Below the pieces are notes generated by a model. That model was not told the origin of the DNA, ran no database searches, and saw only the letters and a list, made by a program, of their open reading frames with translations. This document shows positions 58,788 to 64,000 of a stretch of DNA of 64,000 nt, piece by piece. A program made the translations under genes and the position numbers. Every line of letters starts with the position of its first letter. Within the stretch, counting starts at the first letter, position 1. Origin of the DNA: a candidate division FCPU426 bacterium (GTDB lineage Bacteria > Oederibacteriota > Muellerivitia > Muellerivitales > Muellerivitaceae); assembly GCA_963738405.1 (NCBI GenBank), contig CAVTWJ010000023.1, forward strand, positions 1-64,000. The letters are read 5' to 3'.

Positions 58788-59429
58788 GTGATCACCGAAA
58801 TGACCAATCTTTGGAAAATACTAAGTCTGGTGCTCACTCTATTATGCATTGGGATGGGGGCGATCAATCTGTTTTGCGGTTATCGATACTACATTTTGTT
58901 GATACTCATTCCCGGTTTTGTGATAGGTGCGTTATCCGGGGGCCTCTTAGGCTATGCGATAGGAGGTCCTTTAGCGGCTCTATTGACCGGAATCATTTTC
59001 ACGCTCGTTGGAGCTTGGATCTCATATCAATCCCACAGTTTCGGAGTTTTTCTGACTGGCGCCACCGGGGGAGGCGTGGTCGGATTGATGCTCGGTTTAT
59101 TGTTCGCGACCCATTTCACCGCCATTTGGATCATACCGTTCATCGCGTTCTTAGGAGTGATCGGCGGCATATTGGCCGTCAGCCTCAACAAGAACATCAT
59201 CATTATCAGCACAGCCCTTCAAGGTGCATTCGCCATGGTTTTCGGTTTGGCCGGTTTGTTGAAATGGTGGGGTATCAGATGGATACTCAATCTGATCCGG
59301 GGCTTCCATTACGCTGAAATGCTCCACATCCTAATATTGCTAACCATACTAAGCATCCTGTTGGCTATTTATGGCGCTTATGTCCAATTCAAATCAGAGA
59401 ATAATTATCAACCCTTGGTTCAATATTGA
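58788..59429 (+). CDS. DUF4203/TMEM198-like Gly-rich membrane protein
   Basis: LFCGYR, FLTGATGG, IIISTALQGA. Confidence 0.75.
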   Translation: MITEMTNLWKILSLVLTLLCIGMGAINLFCGYRYYILLILIPGFVIGALSGGLLGYAIGGPLAALLTGIIFTLVGAWISYQSHSFGVFLTGATGGGVVGLMLGLLFATHFTAIWIIPFIAFLGVIGGILAVSLNKNIIIISTALQGAFAMVFGLAGLLKWWGIRWILNLIRGFHYAEMLHILILLTILSILLAIYGAYVQFKSENNYQPLVQY

Positions 59430-59546
59430 GATTGAGATTTCCCGATTTTTAAACTTACAAACTAACTTAGTGTGTTGGGCAATGATGAGGCTTGATCATT
59501 GCCCTAGCATTGATTCAATTATCCATATTGTGTTGTCGCGGGCCTT

Positions 59547-59981
59547 TTAACCCTTTCGCAGACTCAGGAACATTCTCACAGCACGATACCAATCCTTGGA
59601 TACCCAATCCAGGTCGGGAGGATAAGGGGTCACCACCCGGCAATTCCACTTGGCTTTTTCCAAGGCCGTCTTCATGCCAACCACAGCCTCTCGATTCGCC
59701 GAGTGGAGAATGACTGGGAAGGTGGGTGGTTGGGTCACCAGGTATTCCACAACATCCCATCCCGTGCCTGGCTTCACCAGCACACCCTCCAAGGGTTTGA
59801 CCCGCCCTAAATCATGGTCCAGGGAAATCAACGTGCATTCGGGCAAATGCGCTTTCAGCCACTCGATCAGCTGCGACGCATTGTCGAAGAATAACGGTTT
59901 AAAACCCTCTAAGTCCGATAGGGCGTTGGCCATGGCCCTTTCCCGCTCCGATTCATCTTCCAATATGATCAGGTTTTTCAT
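59547..59981 (-). CDS. Cyclic-phosphate-processing receiver-like domain protein
   Basis: ILED, ISLDHDLG, GTGWDV, ILHSAN. Confidence 0.75.
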   Translation of the reverse strand: MKNLIILEDESERERAMANALSDLEGFKPLFFDNASQLIEWLKAHLPECTLISLDHDLGRVKPLEGVLVKPGTGWDVVEYLVTQPPTFPVILHSANREAVVGMKTALEKAKWNCRVVTPYPPDLDWVSKDWYRAVRMFLSLRKG

Positions 59982-60493
59982 TAAAAAACATCCCTTTTGA
60001 GACGGGCTGTTCACCCTATAGAAACAGGTAGTTTGCCTAATTAACCCGTCGATTGGTTAATGAATCATTATATCCATCCACTGTTTTAATCGAGTTTCTT
60101 CCCAACCCAACCCCTATTGACCCATCTACGATCGTTCAAATATTGCAAAGACTGGGTCGAAAAATAATTCTGATATGGTTCTTACCGCCGCTAGTTAATT
60201 TTCGAATGGAAGAAAGGGACACAGCTTGATAACCAAAGATTCCAAAACATCGGTACTGAAAATATTCATTCCCGACTTAGAGCGGACTGGAATAGGCATC
60301 GATCAACCAACGGTTCATAAGCTTACAAGAACGGCATGGTTTATTGCAATTTTACAAATCGGTTCCACTTTGTTTTCGTTGGTAACATCCCTTCGTCGAG
60401 CCGGAGACCCACTCATACAATTTTGCAAAAACTCCGAATCGAAAATAAGCGGATAAGATTGTGAATGACGGAAAACAAAAAGGAGACCTCAAG

Positions 60494-61333
60494 ATGAATA
60501 CAAAAACCACCCCCCGGCCAACCCCGTTCATCCGCAATCACGTTTTACGTACCACTCAATCTCATCTAATCACCTTCTTTCATCTTCCTAAACTTTGGCT
60601 CTTCTTCCTGTTCCTATCTTACCTTACCAATGGACAAGCCTTAGCCGTCGAAGGCTCCCAAGCGGTCTATGTCCTTGTGGATTTTACGGCCAGCACAACC
60701 CTTGCCGCGCCGGGTGGGCCCAACAATTACGAAGAGCTTCTTAACTCGGAGATCGACCGCTTGAAACCAGGCGATACGATCCTGATCGGCGAGATCACGG
60801 ATAATTCGTTTGGCCGTTTTTCCGAGATAGCGGACGCGCGCATCCCGACCGAAAACATCTTCACGGACACAACCCGCAAATTCAACTCGAGAGTCAAGCA
60901 GGAAAAAGATGATTTGAGAGCGAAAGTACAGGTCGCTTTCCAAAAACGCCGCCAAGGCATCGGTGTCGCCCAAAGCACTGATCTGTTCGGCTCGCTTGTT
61001 CTGGCCGGGACTTATCTTTCCGCCAAGGACCAGGCGGACAAGAACCGGGAATTGATCGTGTTATCCGACATGTGCGAGGAAAGCGATCTATACAACTTCA
61101 AACGCAAGGCTCTAACGGACCGGTATATCCAGGAGATCCTTCAAAGCGAAAGCCACAGCGGCCTGGCAAGCCTAAACGGTGTCGATGTTTTCGTCAGCGG
61201 GATCTCGGCCGATTGCAGGACAACTCAGGAACGTTTGACCAAGTTCTGGATCGAATACTTCAACAAATGCGGTGCCAGAATCCAACCTTCCCATGTGGTG
61301 CCCTTGCTCAGGAAAGAGGATTTGCCAAGTTAA
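60494..61333 (+). CDS. Exported vWA-like protein
   Basis: Signal/TM; VLVDFTAS, TDLFGSL, LIVLSDM. Confidence 0.7.
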   Translation: MNTKTTPRPTPFIRNHVLRTTQSHLITFFHLPKLWLFFLFLSYLTNGQALAVEGSQAVYVLVDFTASTTLAAPGGPNNYEELLNSEIDRLKPGDTILIGEITDNSFGRFSEIADARIPTENIFTDTTRKFNSRVKQEKDDLRAKVQVAFQKRRQGIGVAQSTDLFGSLVLAGTYLSAKDQADKNRELIVLSDMCEESDLYNFKRKALTDRYIQEILQSESHSGLASLNGVDVFVSGISADCRTTQERLTKFWIEYFNKCGARIQPSHVVPLLRKEDLPS

Positions 61334-61400
61334 GAAGGCTAATAAAAGTAGGAACAAAGGCCTTGGGGCCGGGATCAAAATCTAAAATGGAGGTAGGAAA

Positions 61401-62423
61401 ATGAATCTCATCGTACCGGGTTTCTGGCAAGGCTTAAAAGCATGGTGGGCGGGCCGCCGCGACGGGAAGCTCGGGATACCCTCGCTCAATGACACCACTA
61501 TCTCTCATTCCGAAAAACAGATCAGGCACGGCTTCGTCGCGGGGGCCGAAAACATCAAGAAAGACTTCTTAAAAACGGAAACAAACCTATCCTCTCAAAC
61601 CAAACGGCTTCTCGATCAGGTCAGCCAACGCGAGAAACAAGCCGGGGAGGCAAAAAACATCATTTTAAATATAGGGCGGGAGAACACGGACGCCACTATC
61701 CATCCCCTGACCTATTACGGCCTTACCTTCCTGCTCCTAATACTCGACACTTTCATCAACCAAAAGATGTTCGATTTTTACGACACGGTCATTTTTTCTT
61801 ACGCCTGCGGACTTCTCCTAAGCCTCTACCTTATCGTCATGGCCCATGGCCTGGGTCTGATGATCCGCCGCAAGAAAGATCCCCTGTTGCAGCGCATCTT
61901 TATTGGCATCTTCATTTTCTCCTTGTTCGTCATCTCGATCGTAAGGGCGCACGTCTCTACTCTATCCTCTGCCGACCAGGGCGGCCCTTCCCTGGGGCTT
62001 GGATTTACTATCCCCCTCTTTTTGGTCGTGAACCTCATGAGTTTCGCCGCGACCGTCTTTCTTTCCAAGGAATCCCATGATTCGGAGCCCCTTTTCAACA
62101 AAACATCCGATCGGCTCAAATTGCTCAGCAAGGAAATAGAAGAAGAGAAGAATGCCTTGGCGGAAATCCACGCCCAAAGAAAGTTGAACAAGGAAACAGC
62201 CACCGGGAATCTGAAGATCTGGAACAGCGTTTATCAAAACACCGTGGCCATCTACAGGAACGCCAACATCCGAAAACGCACTGCCCAGAACCGTTCCATT
62301 TCCATTTTCAATACTGAACCCACTTTGCCCGAGATCGATATCCAATATTTGCCGCCATACCCTGAGGAAGAAAACGTGGAAGAAAACACCGGAAGTGTTT
62401 ATTTACTGCGGAAATCCAGTTAA
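61401..62423 (+). CDS. 4-TM membrane protein flanked by coiled coils
   Basis: Hydrophobic core, charged heptad-like flanks, GGAGG RBS. Confidence 0.75.
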   Translation: MNLIVPGFWQGLKAWWAGRRDGKLGIPSLNDTTISHSEKQIRHGFVAGAENIKKDFLKTETNLSSQTKRLLDQVSQREKQAGEAKNIILNIGRENTDATIHPLTYYGLTFLLLILDTFINQKMFDFYDTVIFSYACGLLLSLYLIVMAHGLGLMIRRKKDPLLQRIFIGIFIFSLFVISIVRAHVSTLSSADQGGPSLGLGFTIPLFLVVNLMSFAATVFLSKESHDSEPLFNKTSDRLKLLSKEIEEEKNALAEIHAQRKLNKETATGNLKIWNSVYQNTVAIYRNANIRKRTAQNRSISIFNTEPTLPEIDIQYLPPYPEEENVEENTGSVYLLRKSS

Positions 62424-62434
62424 AGGGGAAAAAA

Positions 62435-62683
62435 ATGGGTTCAATTGCCATCTGTCTGATTGGTCTTTTTCTTATTTATCATATTTGCGGGAGGATTCTG
62501 GAGTATTTGAAAAAGAAGTTGGTATGGATCCTCGGCGTGGCCTGCTTGATCATCCTTTTCATGGCGATTAGTTCAGGGCCGAAAACCCACGGCAAGCGTA
62601 CCCACCTATATCAAAATTCCAAATTGAAAACCGGCATAAGAACCGACATAAAAAAGCCAAACTTTCGAGCGATGCTCAGTTGA
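62435..62683 (+). CDS. Small 2-TM protein
   Basis: Directly downstream; hydrophobic. Confidence 0.55.
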   Translation: MGSIAICLIGLFLIYHICGRILEYLKKKLVWILGVACLIILFMAISSGPKTHGKRTHLYQNSKLKTGIRTDIKKPNFRAMLS

Positions 62684-63055
62684 AACAACCATCCACCCAA
62701 TAAAAAATAAATTAACCCACGCCTCAGTTCTTCTCTAAACACCCCACCAAAAAAAATCCGGTTCTGCCCAGGCACCTACTGCAACGTTATTTCTTTAAAC
62801 GCACATTTTTCCTGCACGTCTTTATCGCTCGTGCGAAAGATTTTGCATATAAATTTTTAATTCCTAAATTGTAACGTGTGGGTCAAACTCCCGAAAAGCA
62901 GGACTGGCGAGCAGAAGCATGAGTATCATTTCCAGCTTTTCGTTTTTGAGAGATCTCATACCCTCAAAAAAAATTCTATCCGCGAATACAGAGATTAAAT
63001 ATCCCTTTCTCTTTTTAATTTTAAAAGTTTTTCTTTGTCATTCATCAAAATCACC

Positions 63056-64000
63056 GATTTTATTCCGTCTAAGTCCGGGCACTACAAGCAACTGAGCCAA
63101 GGAGGTGCCCCTATGACCTAGTTTGTTTGTTTCAATCCCGTCTAAGTCCGGGCACTACAAGCAACAGAAGCTACTGCTGTTGTCTCTGTTTGTCGGATTG
63201 ATGTTTCAATCCCGTCTAAGTCCGGGCACTACATGCAACTAAGAATAAAGGATTTAAAGCTCTGAAACAAAAGGGTTTCAATCCCGTCTAAGTCCGGGCA
63301 CTACATGCAACTTCTGGTTTCTCAAACCAGCGTTAAAGCTTGAGACGGTTTCAATCCCGTCTAAGTCCGGGTACTACAAGCAACCTTGACATTGCAATGG
63401 AATACCTTTTGGCCGAAAAAGTTTCAATCCCGTCTAAGTCCGGGCACTACAAGCAACAAAGACATTCCTGATCGACACAGCGCCGGTCCAGAAGTTTCAA
63501 TCCCGTCTAAGTCCGGGCACTACAAGCAACAAAGCCATGAGTAACCAACCAGAAACCGCAGGGCCAAGTTTCAATCCCGTCTAAGTCCGGGCACTACAAG
63601 CAACTTTGGATCTGACGCAGATTGGTCAGTTAAAATTTGGTTTCAATCCCGTCTAAGTCCGGGCACTACAAGCAACTGATATTTGTCATGTTTTTGCTCT
63701 GGTGAGCTTCTGTTTCAATCCCGTCTAAGTCCGGGCACTACAAGCAACTCTTAGAGGAGATTCAAATATCCTTGTTGTTCAAGAGTTTCAATCCCGTCTA
63801 AGTCCGGGCACTACAAGCAACAGGGAATTCCAGCGAGAGTCGCTTTTGGAGATGCCGAGTTTCAATCCCGTCTAAGTCCGGGCACTACAAGCAACCCAAC
63901 AACTGATTCGTATAGGGATCGGCATTACTGGTTTCAATCCCGTCTAAGTCCGGGCACTACAAGCAACCTGGTATAGCGAGAGTGGTCAAGTCAAATGGTA
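63056..64000 (-). CRISPR. CRISPR array, 13 visible 37-bp repeats, 35-37 bp spacers, probably continuing past the edge
   Basis: Plus-strand repeat GTTTCAATCCCGTCTAAGTCCGGGCACTACAAGCAAC; minus strand ends ATTGAAAC; degenerate and variant repeats cluster at the left (trailer) end. Confidence 0.98.

Noticed and set aside
63093..64000. Self-targeting spacers
   Set aside because: No match to the window seen by eye; a BLAST search is required to exclude it

Overview
Bacterial chromosomal window in three parts. (1) 1-15.3 kb is an accessory hotspot. It has an Rhs toxin end with a candidate immunity gene and gene fragments joined at two identical 37-bp hairpin elements. An array of single-gene units is separated by five co-oriented 28-bp palindromes with an 11-6-11 layout. 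It also holds a ParB-like protein fused to a membrane anchor, three toxin-antitoxin (TA) pairs and a TonB-dependent receptor, with modules delimited by four copies of a ~60-bp repeat. (2) 15.3-41.4 kb looks like core genome: glpK, glycosyltransferases, hisN-like, a frameshifted pfkA, FKBP, an ABC-2 transporter, a solitary flgE, a SET protein, msrA, radical SAM, hppA, an RNase II family gene, two HtrA/Deg proteases (one lacking the catalytic Ser) and a type IV pilin. (3) 41.7-64 kb is a probable island bounded by a tRNA-Asp 3' fragment. It contains an IS3-family element, PIN/NYN/UvrD/AbiE cargo, a radC-ardC operon with hairpin-rich upstream DNA, a umuC remnant and a CRISPR array running off the right edge. 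No cas, relaxase or tyrosine integrase gene is visible. The best candidate for an undescribed system is the 28-bp-site cassette array. All product calls come from motif recognition by eye; no searches were run.
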